From Neocallimastix sp. 'constans' (lineage: Eukaryota), in assembly GCA_050613775.1 (NCBI GenBank), contig JBODTK010000014.1, positions 744,001 to 808,000 of the forward strand: DNA of 64,000 nt, written 5' to 3'. The position numbers were made by a program, and so were the translations under genes. The notes under the pieces were generated by a model. The model was not told where the DNA came from and made no database searches. It worked only from the letters and a program-made list of their open reading frames with translations. Within the stretch, counting starts at the first letter, position 1; each line of letters starts with the position of its first letter. Shown here piece after piece: positions 1 through 13,600 of the stretch.

Positions 1-1469
1 ATAAATACTCTTTTTATTATTTATTATTTATTATTTAATTATTTATTAATGAATATTCTTTTTTTATTATTTATTATTTAATATTTAATATTTATTATTT
101 ATTATTTATTAATAAATACTCTTTTTATTATTTATTATTTATTAATAAATACTCTTTATTATTATTTATTATTTATTATTTATTATTTATTAATAAATAC
201 TCTTTTTATTATTTATTATTCAATTATTTATTATTTATTGTTTTATTATTGTTTTATTCTATATTTCTGTATTTCTATATTTATTTTTTTTTTTTTCCAT
301 AATTTCTTCAGTAAATGTAACATAACCTATCATTTCACCATTTACCATTTATGGCTTATGGAAATTGAATGCATAAAAAAGGAGATTAAAATCTTGGTAA
401 CAATTTTTTTTTTTTTTTTTCAATTTCTATTTGTATTAATCATTTATTTATTTATTTATTCATTCAATTCAATTCAATTCAATTCAATTCAATTCAATTC
501 AATTCAATTCAATTCAATTAAAATTAAAATTAAAATTTTAAATTATTTTTAATTTTTTTTTTTATATATTTATTCTGTTCATCTTATTTATTCATTTATT
601 TATTAACATTATTATTTATCTATACATTTATTATTAATATATTTATTATTTATTTATTTACATAATTATTTACTTATTTACATTATTTTTATTTATTCAT
701 TCGTTCATTAATAAAACTATTTTCATGCTTTTTTTTTTTTTTAAAAAAAAAGAATAAAAAAAATTTTTTTAAAATATTAAATTATCACTTTTATATTATT
801 CTATTATTTGAATATTATTCTATTATTTGAATATTATTCTATTATTTGAATATTATTCTATTATTTGAATATATTATTCAATTATTTAATTATTTATTAA
901 TAAATACTCTATTAATTCTTTTTATTATTTACTATTTGAAATATAGTAAATAATTAAATAATAAATAATAAATAATAAATAATAAATAATTAAATAATAG
1001 ATAATAAAAAAATTATTTATTGAATTAATAATTAATAATTAATAATAAATAATAAAAATTTATTATTAAATAATTGAATAATAAATAATTGAATAATAAT
1101 TTAAGATGGATAGTATAAAGATGATACTTAATTATGTATTAAATATATTTTATGGAATATTAAAAATTATATTAAATAGTAATTATTAAATAGGTAATCA
1201 ATAATAATTATATATTTCAATTGAATATTTAATAAATATTTATTAATATTATCTATTCTATTAAATATTGTAAAAAAATAATATTTAACATATTATATAT
1301 AAAGCAATTGCAAATAATATAAAAGAAAGTATAAGATGTAAAATATGAACTACGGTAGATAATGACATGAATCCAAAGTTTAGTATTATTATTGTTAATA
1401 ATAAATAAAGAATTGCGAATCATTAATAATAAACAAACAGTAGACTATGATCAACACATTAAATAAATA

Positions 1470-2690
1470 ATAAATAATTAAATAATTAAATAATTAAATA
1501 ATTAATAATCAATAATCAATAATAAATCATAAATCATAAATAATAAATAGTAGATAATAAATAATAAATAATAAATAATAAATAATAAATAATAATAAAT
1601 AATAAATAATAAAAAAAAGAGTATTTATTAATAAATAATAAATAATTGAATAATAAATAATAAATAATAAATAATAAATAATAAATAATAAATAATAAAT
1701 AATAAATAATAAATAATAAATAATTGAATAATAAATAATAAATAATAAATAATAAATAATAAATAATAAATAGTAAATAATAAATAATAAATAATAAATA
1801 ATAAATAATAAATAATAAATAATAAATAATTGAATAATAAATAATAAATAATTGAATAATAAATAATAAATAATAAATAATTGAATAATAAATAATAAAT
1901 AATAAATAATAAATAATAAATAATAAATAATAAATAATAAATAATAAATAATAAATAATAAATAATAAATAATAAATAATAAATAATTGAATAATAAATA
2001 ATAAATAATTGAATAATAAATAATAAATAATTGAATAATAAATAATAAATAATAAATAATAAATAATAAATAATAAATAATAAATAATAAATAATAAATA
2101 ATTGAATAATAAATAATAAATAATAAATAATAAATAATAAATAATTGAATAATAAATAATAAATAATTGAATAATAAATAATAAATAATTGAATAATAAA
2201 TAATAAATAATAAATAATAAATAATAAATAATAAATAATAAATAATAAATAATAAATAATAAATAATAAATAATAAATAATAAATGATAAATAATAAATA
2301 ATAAATAATAAATAATAAATAATAAATAATAAATAATAAATAATAAATAATAAATAATAAATAATAAATAATAAATAATAAATAATAAATAATAAATAAT
2401 AAATAATAAATAATAAATAATAAATAATAAATAATAAATAATAAATAATAAATAATAAATAATAAATAATAAATAATAAATAATAAATAATAAATAATAA
2501 ATAATAAATAATAAATAATAAATAATAAATAATAAATAATAAATAATAAATAATAAATAATAAATAATAAATAATAAATAATAAATAATAAATAATAAAT
2601 AATAAATAATAAATAATAAATAATAAATAATAAATAATAAATAATAAATAATAAATAATAAATAATAAATAATAAATAATAAATAAATAA
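1470..2690. repeat. (AATAAAT)n heptamer satellite with AATTGAAT variants
   Basis: About 1.2 kb of tandem 7-mer read directly. The 392-aa 'IIYYLLF' ORF is only its translation. Confidence 0.95.
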
Positions 2691-3596
2691 AATATTAATA
2701 TTCATTTATTTATTTTGATCTGACAGGCATCTTAAAAAAGTTAAAAAAAATTTTTTTTTCAATAAATTTATTTAATATTTTAATATCGAATATTTATTCC
2801 TTTTGTGTTTATGAGTGAAATATAATAAAATGAAATTAAAACAAAAAAAGTGAAATAGTAAAAAAAAAGTAAAAAAATTTGGCAGATAATTAATAATAAA
2901 TAATTAATAATTAATAATAACAATTAATAATAACAATTAATAATTAATAATTAGATAGAGAGATGAAGATATAAAAGTAAAAATCTAATTAATTTTATTT
3001 TTAATAAATAATAAATGGAAATTTTATTAATAATTAATAATTAATACAGAAACATAAAAGGAAAAAAAATATTAGTTATTATTTATTAACTATTGATACT
3101 TTTGTATTCATAGATATGAGAATATATATATATTTTCTTTACCTTTGTTAGAATAAAGATTAGAAAATTTTAATTTTTTTATATTTAAAAAAAAAAAAAA
3201 ATAAAAGAATTTGAAATTTATCATTTTTTTATGGCTTCAATAATATATATATATAAATATTATTATTATTATTTTTTTTTTGGTACTTCAGGAAAATTGA
3301 GTCTTTTTCTATATTTAAAGTTTTTTCAATTTACTTTTATTTTTTATGGTTTTATTACTTTAATCTAAAGTAAAAAAGGTAAAAAAGATAAAAAAAAAAA
3401 AAAAAATAAAGAGGAATAAAACTTTAATACATATGAATTGAATCATTTTTTATTTATTTAATTTTAATTTATTTATTTAATTTATTTATATTTATTTTTG
3501 TTTATTATTTATTAGAATTTGTAATTATTTCATTCCATCAATGCTTGGTATTGAATAGCTAACTAACTCTGTAGAAAAATAAATAATAATAAGTAA

Positions 3597-3668
<72 letters not shown>

Positions 3669-5199
3669 AAATAATAAATAATAAAAAGAGTATTTATTAC
3701 TAAATAATAAATAATAAAAAGGTTATTAATAAATGTATAAATAATAAAAAGAGTATTTAATAATAAATAATTGAATAATAAATAATAAATAAATAAATTT
3801 AATTTAATTTATTAAAATAGAAAAAATAAAGAAATAAATTTGTCATTTTTACTTTATTACTGAATTATTATTGTTATTTTTATTGAATTATGATTATATA
3901 TATATTTTTTTTACTATAATTATAACTATATATTAGTAGTATTATTTTTATTTTTATTTCTTTTTTTTTTTTAATTTTTTTTAATATTTAATTTTTTTAA
4001 TATTTAATTTTTTTAATATTTAATTTTTTTAATATTTATTTCGTAATTTTTATTATTTAATTTTTTGTTAAACTTTTTTTTTTTCGGTTACTCAAATTAA
4101 ATTAAATTAATTAATTGCCTATTTTTTTTTTTTTAATTAGATTTTGTTTCATCTACCATAAAAATATAATATTTATGTATTTTATATAACTATTAACATT
4201 TATAGTTTTGGCACATTTATTATGGTGTTTTTATATTTATTTCATACTATTTATATATTTATTATAATTTATTTCATATTTATATATTTATTATAATTTA
4301 TGATACATTTATATTTTATATTTATATTTATATTTATGATACATTTATTTTTATATTTATATTTATATTTATGATATATTTATATTTTATATATATATTT
4401 ATATTTTATATCTATATTTAATATATAATTATGTATTAAATATATATTGATACATTTATCTAATATTATGAACTATTTATATATTTTTATATTTATTATA
4501 TATTTATATATTTACTAAATATTTTTTTTTATTGTATTTCTATATGTATATAATGATTTTTTTTTTATTTAATAATATATTTTTCTATAATTAAAATTTA
4601 TTTTATTACTATATACTTCATTTGTATATCCTTTTTCCAACATTTTTCTAATCCATTTATTTGCGTGTGTATATTTGAATTTAAATAAAGTTTAAATACA
4701 ATTTTTTTTATTTTAAATATGATGATGTTTTTAATTTTTTATTATGAATTAAACTTTATAACATGGACAATAAAACTATTATTTTCTATATATGTATTTT
4801 TCTATATTCCATCGACCATATTTTCATAATTTATAATAAATAAAGTTTAATTAATTTAATTTAATTTTAAAATTTTAAGTGATTAACTTTTTATTTTAAT
4901 TTATATAAATTAAACTTTCAAACTCTAAATCTAATTATATATTAAAATTGATGGGAACATTTTCTTTTTTGACTCTTTTCTATTTGTCAAAATGGTTGAA
5001 ACCATCTTCCTTAAATTGGAGTTTAGGCATGAAGAAAAAGGAGAATTCTGGATACATTTAAATTATTTTAATTAAATTAATTTATCAAAAAAAAAAAAAA
5101 AAAAACGTTTATATTTGTATTTTATATTATATATTTATTATTTATCAATTTTATATTAATTATGGATTTCCATTTATATGTTTTATTTTGTATATTTAT

Positions 5200-5760
5200 A
5201 TTCATATTTATTATGCATTTACATTTATATTTATGTATAATATTTAATATTTATATTTATATTTATATACATATATATATACATATTTATCTTGTATATT
5301 TTATTTATATTTATATTTATATTTATTATGCATTTACATTTATATTTATGTATAATATTTAATATTTATATTTATATTTATATACATATATATATACATA
5401 TTTATCTTGTATATTTATTTATATTTATATTTATATACATATATATATACATATTTATATACATATTTATCTTGAATATTTATTTATATTTATATTTATA
5501 TTTATATACATATTTATATACATATTTATCTTGAATATTTATTTATATTTATATTTATATTTATATACATATTTATATACATATTTATATACATATTTAT
5601 ATACATATTTATATACATATTTATTTATATTTATATTTATATTTATATTTATATTTATATACATATTTATATACATATTTATCTTTTATATTTATTTATA
5701 TTTATATTTATATATATATTTATGTATAATATTTAATATTTAATATTTATATTTATGTAT
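5200..5760. repeat. Low-complexity tandem repeats (TATATT/TATACA units, with a ~110-bp duplicated block)
   Basis: 'tatgcatttacatttatatttatgtataatatttaat' occurs twice, followed by a 'tatacatattta' array. Confidence 0.8.
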
Positions 5761-6402
5761 AATATTTATTACGTAATTACATTTATTTTTTTTTTTTTGA
5801 ACATGTATTGGATAGGATGAAATTATAAATTCTGGTAAATAAAATATATTCCTTATCACATAATATATTATAATATATTTAAATATCTAAATAGTTTTTA
5901 TATTAATGCATTGTTTTATATTTAAGAAAAAAAAAAAAAACTTTTAGAATGAGTATTAACTATAAAAATGTTACCTATAAGAAATAAAATATTTTAACTA
6001 TTTTATATAATAAAATATAAGAGATATAGAACATATAAGATTAGATAGTAAAAAAAAAGAAAATGTATATCTATTAAAAAGAAAATTAGAACTCAATTAA
6101 ATCTATTTTATAAATATTAGTTAAATAAAATTCCCATCAAAAATAAAATTCATCTTATTTTATAATAGCTGTAGATACCTATTCTTATTTATATTTATAT
6201 ATTCCTATTTATGTTATAGCTTATTAAATATTTTATATTTACCTAACTTTTATAATTTCTATTTATTTTCTATTTACATATATTTAATATTTTATTTATT
6301 TTATGGCTTATAAATAAATATATCATAATATCATATTTTTTAATATATAGATTAACATATTTATATATTTTAATTTATTATAGAAAAAAATAAATCAAGT
6401 TT

Positions 6403-6445
<43 letters not shown>

Positions 6446-6770
6446 TCTGTAATTTTTAATATTTTAAAAATAATTGACGTATCCATTTACTAATTTTAGT
6501 AAATCCACTTTAGAACTGATGTAAAACCTTAAATCTCTTTACTGTGAAAAGCCATAGATTAAGAGTCAACTGTGGAATAGACCTATCATATATTACAATC
6601 AACTGTATTATATGTATTATTTTACAATGAAATTAATTTCTTTAATTTCTATTTTTGTTCCAGTTACCAATAATTATATATGAATATTAATATATTAATT
6701 AAGTATTTAATAATTTAATATAATATATTATGAATAATTTTAATATTTAATAATTTAATAGTTTATAATC

Positions 6771-6880
6771 AATAATTTTAATATTTAATAGTTTATAATA
6801 AATAATTTTAATATTTAATAGTTTATAATCAATAATTTTAATATTTAATAGTTTATAATAAATAATTTTAATATTTAATA
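6771..6880. repeat. 30-bp minisatellite (aataattttaatatttaatagtttataat[a/c]), ~3.7 copies
   Basis: Units start at 6771, 6801, 6831 and 6861. Confidence 0.85.
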
Positions 6881-7178
6881 ATTTAATAGTTTATAGTTTA
6901 TTATGAATAATTTTAATATATAATAGTTTATTATGAATAATAAAATGTTAACTATGAATATATATTATAATATATTTATCTATCAATGATATGCTCCTTT
7001 GTATTGGCATATACAAAGTATATTTACTATTTTCTCTCATAATCAATTATTACTATTATTTCAAAATTCTTATTTATTAAAGTTCTTTTTTTTTTGTATT
7101 TAAAAAAAAATTTAAATTTAAAAAAATGAGGATTTATATTTAGGTGAATACAAATTAAATAAATAAATAATGAATGAA

Positions 7179-7209
<31 letters not shown>

Positions 7210-10012
7210 AGCATATTATAAATAAATAATAAAAAAAAAAAAAAGCGTATTAATAAAAAAATAATAAAAAATAAGAGTATTAATAAATAAAAAAAAAAAA
7301 AAGAGTATTAATAAAAGGAATATTAATAAATAAATAATAAACAATAAAAAATAAATAAAAAAAAAAAGTCTTAAATAATCATTGAATTTGTATTATTTTA
7401 TTTTAATTTTATAATTAAATACAAAAAAAGTTTAAACTCTTAAACAAATAATAATAATTTTTTGCATATGGATATGAAACAGGTCAATAACAAATAATAA
7501 TATAGAAATAATTTATTAATAGAGTCAATTAAATAGAATCAATTGAATTTGAAATTGTTTAAAATCTCTATTTATTATTGAAATACATTAAATATGGAAT
7601 ATATTAGAAGTTATTTGTATTTATAGGATCAATGCTATTTACGTATTAAGCGATTAATTATTATTTAATGTATGAAGTATTACTTTTGTATGACTTTACG
7701 TATTCAATCGTAACTTTTGGTATTCGATATTATTTATGTGTAATTATCTTTTAATATTCATATTATTTATATCATTATAGATAATAATAATAGTTATCAT
7801 ATATAATCTATTTAAATTTTTTTTTTTTTTTTTTTTGGGACTAATGCTATAAAATAATTTAAACTTTTTTTGCTTTCAATTTAATTTCCACTCCAACCAA
7901 TAAAAATTTTTCTTATTGGATTGCTCAAAAATTATTAACAAAAAAAATTTTTTTAATTATATTTAATTATACTACTTATATATAATAAATATATGAATAA
8001 TAAATAATTAAATAATTAAATATTAAATAATAAATAATTAAATAATAAATAATAAATAATTAAATAATAAATAATAAATAATTAAATAATTAAATAATAA
8101 ATAATTAAATAATTAAATAATAAATAATTAAATAATTAATTTTAATTATAAATAGAATTTATTATGATAATAATTAGCATTCGAAACATTTGGTGGTTTT
8201 CAATAGATTGGTTTATATTATTTTTATATATCATATTATTATGAAATTATATAACTATTAGAATTAGTTTTTAATCCATTTATATTGTTGATATATATTG
8301 ATATATACATTTTATATGTATACATTCGTATATATACACTCTTATATATACATTATATATGTACATTCATTTATATACATTCTCATATATACATTATATA
8401 TATGTACATTCATTTATATACATTCTCATATATACATTTTTATATGTACAACATTTTATAGGATTAGTAGGATTATTATTACTATCTCATAAATATTTCA
8501 TAGTAGCATTCATCATTACATGATTCGTTTATTGTTTTTTTTTTTTTATAGTAAATAGTAATAATGATGATTTATTATATCATTTTCTTATTAATTATTT
8601 CTAATTTCATCATTTCATTATTCTTTCTAGCTTTCAGTTATATTCATTTCTATAATACTTCTTCTATTTTATTATTTCTATTTTATAATTATTTATTTCT
8701 ATTCAAACTATCTTCTATTCTTCTATTTTTACTGATGTTTAATTATCTGTTCCTCTTTTTAATTATTTCTATTGAATTACTTCAAATATATCATTCTTAT
8801 AAATAAATTTAATAATGACTTTTTATTTCGAATATACATTCCAATAAATTACAGTTTATTGCTAATTTATAATAATTATTACGCAATAAAAAAAAAAAGG
8901 ATTATTTAAATAATAAAAAAGATGAAATTTTAATAAAAAAAAATTAAAAAAAAAAAAAATTAAAAAAAAAAAATAGAAAAAAATTTTTTTTTTATTTTAA
9001 TTTACTTTAATATTCTTTATTATTAATTAAAAATTTTAATAAAAAAAAATTAAATGGATTATTATCCAAAATGTAATATATATTCTAATATACTCTAATA
9101 TATAATTAAACATATGAATTATATATAATATATATAATATATTAAAATATAATAAAATAATATAATTAATTTTTTTATATTAACAAATAAAAAGAATATA
9201 AAAAATTTTTTTTTATTTTTATTTTTATTCTTATTTTTATTTTTATTTTTTATTTTTTTTTTTAATTTTTTTTTATTTGACTTTCTTTTAGTTGAAATTT
9301 TTTATTTTAATTTGTAAAAGAACAATGAAACAAACAATAAAATAATTTTAAATAATTTTATTTTTATTACTATTTGTTATTTGTTCGATTTTTAACTTTT
9401 TTTTTATTTATTTATTTTAATTTTAAAAGAAAAAAGTTAAATCTATTGAACATCATGTATATTCAGTTTAATTTTAAAAAAAAAAGAGATAAAAAAAAAA
9501 TAAAAATTTAAAAAAATTACATGTTATTTAAGTAAAAAAAAAATTTCGTTTTTCAAATATATATTTTAAATAAATTTTGTTTATACTTTTATACCAAAAT
9601 ATCATAGAGATCTTTAAAAAAAAAAAAATAAAGAAAGCATTTGTAATTATATATTTCTTTTATAATTAATAGAAAAAACCGACATAGAACTAAAAAAAAA
9701 AGAATAAAAATAAAATATAATATAAATATTTTTTTCATTAGAAGTATATACATCTTTTCATAGATTAAAAACATACTTTTTGATATACATATCAGCTTTT
9801 TTTTTATGTATTTATTTAACTATTTTATTTATTACTGGATTAATTTAATATAATAAAAAAGATTGACAAAAATTTTTTTTAAAATAATTTTGTAATATAC
9901 AAGAAGAAAGTAAAAAAAAAAAAAAAAAAAAAAAAAGGAAAGGAAAATTTTAGAAACAGGAAAAATAATACTTTATATAAATACATTACAATAATATTAC
10001 TTAGTTCTAATC

Positions 10013-10043
<31 letters not shown>

Positions 10044-10621
10044 TTTTATTAAATAAATTTTTAATTATTATTGTTATTATTATTATTTTTGATTTTATTT
10101 ATTACTTTTTACTTTTTGTCTTATTTAGCAATAAAAAGTTAAAGTATTATTTATTATAATTTTTTTTTTTTTTATTATATCCAACATAACTATCTATATA
10201 AATAATAAAAATAATAATAATCGATAATACTATCATACTATAAGATACCTTTTTTTTTTTTTTAATATATATATTATTAATAAAAGTGTATTATAAAAAT
10301 TTAATTTTATAAAAAAAAACAAAAAGAAATAAACTGTATTTTAAATAGATGATAAAAAAGGAAAAATAATTATTAAAAAAAATTTAAACAATAAAAAAAA
10401 AATAATTCTTACTATTCTGTAAAATATTAGAAAAAATTATTTAAATTAAAAAACAAAACAAAACAAACCAAAATAAAACAAACTATTCAATACTATTAAT
10501 ATATATATATAATACTTTTTAATATACTATTTATTATTATTAATTTTTTTTTTTTAAAAAAAAAATAATAAAAAACAAACTTTAAAATATTTATTGAAAA
10601 AGGATTACACAAAAAAAAAAA

Positions 10622-13600
10622 ATGTCAGTAAAACGTGGAATAAAGGAATTAAGGGAGGATTCCCTTCCTGAAATGGAAAAACTCAGTACAGAAACGGAGG
10701 AACAACACCAAGAAAAACATTATAAATTTGATCAGATATTACAACTTCAAAATAAACAACTATTGGAATTGGAAAGAGAACAAAAAAAACAACAGGAAGA
10801 ATTAAAAATAAAACAACAAAAACAAAAGGATAACTTACAAAAATTATTAAATATGGATATACCGTTTAAGGAAAAACAAAGAGTACTTAATGAACAAAAA
10901 AATAATCTTTTAAAGAGAGCTAAATATCGTCAAGAAATTTTGGATGATCAACCTCCGGTTGAAATGGCTCTTAAAATGGTGTTATATTTCCAACATCAAC
11001 ATCATCAAGATACCTATAATCTTTTACTTTATCAACATAATCAACTTCAACATGCTAAAACAAGAAAGGAACAGGCTCATCTTTTTTTACTTCATCAACA
11101 AATGTATTTAAAACTTTTCGATATTCAGCAGAAGGTCCTACTTCAGACCCTTGTGGAACAACAGGAATTAGCAGAATTGGAATGTTCTGCTCTTCGTCAT
11201 CTTTCTATCAATGATAATGATAATGCTGATGCCGATATTAATCATGGTGGTAAGGAGGAGGATGATCGAACCATTGTTGTCGATAGTCGAAGAGATCATC
11301 GTGAGGAAGATATTATTCCTTCTATTGATTTACCTCAAGCTAAAGATTTTGAAAATCTTAAACAGATGCCTATTCCCGCTACTCCAAATCAGGTTTACCT
11401 ACCGAAACATGGATTTGGTAATCATCGAGGACGTAGTCATAGTCATAGTCGTGGTCGTAGTCGTAGTCGTAGTTGTAGTTGTCGACGATCTAATAACGAC
11501 GATAGCTTAAATTATAAACTTTGTAATCGTAGTTTTAGTCGAGGTTCTAATGGTTCAGCCACTACTTCTACTACCATGTCCTTTCCACTATTCTCTTTTG
11601 CCTCGGAGACCATACCCAATGAAACGATCACCCTAGATCAAGCAGCTTTGAATGAAAAAATAAATAAACCAAATAGTATTCTTTCAAGAGTTTTAGATCA
11701 CAGTAAGGATATGGATGATATTGATGATCATCGACGTAAAGAAAAGGAATTTATGGAACGATCTGAAAGAATTCTACAATGTAAAAATGTTAAGGATATC
11801 ACGATAGATGTTCCTATACCAAAGAATACCCAGAATGAAATAAATCCAAAAACGAAAAAAAATATTGATGATTTCTTCTATCGAGCCTATCAAAAGTATA
11901 GTAAAAGTAAATTTGTGACTCATATTCGTCAAGATATGGTAAAGGATGGAATTATTTCTAATTCTGATGAAGTCTTCCAAAGTGGATTTGATGATGATGA
12001 TGATATGGATAATGAAAGTAATGATTTTAAACCAAGCAGTGCTTTTAATTTTAATGATATGGAAGATCATCGTCATGATCAAAATCAAAATCAAAACCTT
12101 GATAATAATAGGGATAATGTAAAAGCTAAAGATATTGCTATTAGTCTAGTTTCCTCGCAACATCAACCTTTTGATCTATCGGATGATTCAAGTTCCTCCT
12201 CTGAAATAGAAAGTCATTTACTACTTCCCCATCAAAATGAAGTTCTTGATGAAATGAAGGAAGAGAATGAAAGAATGGTAATTGAAACCAAAGAAGATCC
12301 TATGGATACGATGATGATAATGAGTGAAGAAGTAAAAGATAAAGATAAGGAAAAAGAAAAAGAAAAAGAAAAAGAAAAGGATTATCAATCAAAAAATAAA
12401 ATGGATCAAAGTCAATCGGTTATTTTCGATCCAGATCTTAATCTTAATATTAATGGTATTCTTTCAATGGATAAAGATTACCCTTCCTTCCTACCATCCA
12501 ATAATGAAAATTCAAATAAAATCATAAAAGAGGATAATAAAATCGAAATGAAAAAGATTAAAAAGGTAAATAAAGAAGAAGAAGAAGAAAAAAAAAAGGA
12601 AGAAAAGGAAGAAATCATGAATAAAATTAAAGATAGAAGTGAGGATAAAATGGATAACGATGAGGTCAAATCAAATAGAGATAATGATACTAAGGATAAA
12701 ATGGATAACGATGAGGTCAAATCAAATAGAGATGATACTAAGGATAAAATGGATAACGATGAGGTCAAATCAAATAGAGATGATACTAAGGATAAAATGG
12801 ATAACGATGAGGTCAAATCAAATAGAAATGATACTAAGGATAAAATGGATTATGATGATGAGGTCAAATCAAGTAGAGATGATGATACTAAGGATAAAAT
12901 GGAATATGATGATGAGGTCAAATCAAGTAGAAATGGTATTAAGGATAAGATAGATAACGATAAGGCTAAGTCAAAGATTCGAAAGATCACATCAGTTCAA
13001 ATAAAAAAGGAAAAGTATATAGATAAGGATAACAAATTAGATAAGGAAAATAGTGATATCAATAATGATAATAATAATATAAAAATGAAAATTAAGGATA
13101 CCAATGAAAAGGAAAATCATTCATCTGACATTAAGGAAGATCAACCAACGAAAACAACAAGAGGAAGATCAAGATCAAGATCAGATTCAAAATTGAAACC
13201 TAGAAGAACAAAATCAAAATCAAAATCAAAATCAAAATCAAAATCTTGCAAATCAAAACAAACAAACAGCTTAACTGAAGATTCCGAAAAGGTAACAAAA
13301 GATAAAACCTTGAAAAAGAATAATAAAGAGAAAGAATCAAGAAAAATAGAAGAACTTCCTGAAAAAAATGAAATAATGATGGTTAATCAACGTGGAAGAC
13401 CTAAGGAAAATTCTAAGAGGAAAAAAGAAATATTGAAAAATGAAAAGGTTAAAATGAATGAATCCCTAGGAAGGGAAGAAAAAAAAGAGAATGAGGAGGA
13501 TGAAAATATTATGATTGTCGATGGTGAAAAGATAAAAATTAAGGAATTTGTTGTGGAATTAAGTGATAAAGAACCTGATGAAAATGGTATTAAACAAAAA

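Noticed and set aside
1527..2705. 392-aa ORF of IIYYLLF repeats
   Set aside because: It is the stop-free translation of the (AATAAAT)n satellite, with no coding signal.
6557..6567. Second GATTAAGAGTC tRNA-Lys/PBS-like motif on the plus strand
   Set aside because: Only 11 nt, not directly after a CA end, with no gag remnant or tRNA cloverleaf around it. At most a relic.
238..9774. Numerous short F/I/Y/L-rich ORFs in the first 10 kb and other intergenic regions
   Set aside because: Expected by-products of extreme AT richness and microsatellites, with no motifs or consistent splice structure.
12640..12960. Regularly spaced repeats that could be mistaken for a CRISPR array
   Set aside because: Contiguous in-frame coding repeats with no unique spacers and no cas genes, in a eukaryotic context.
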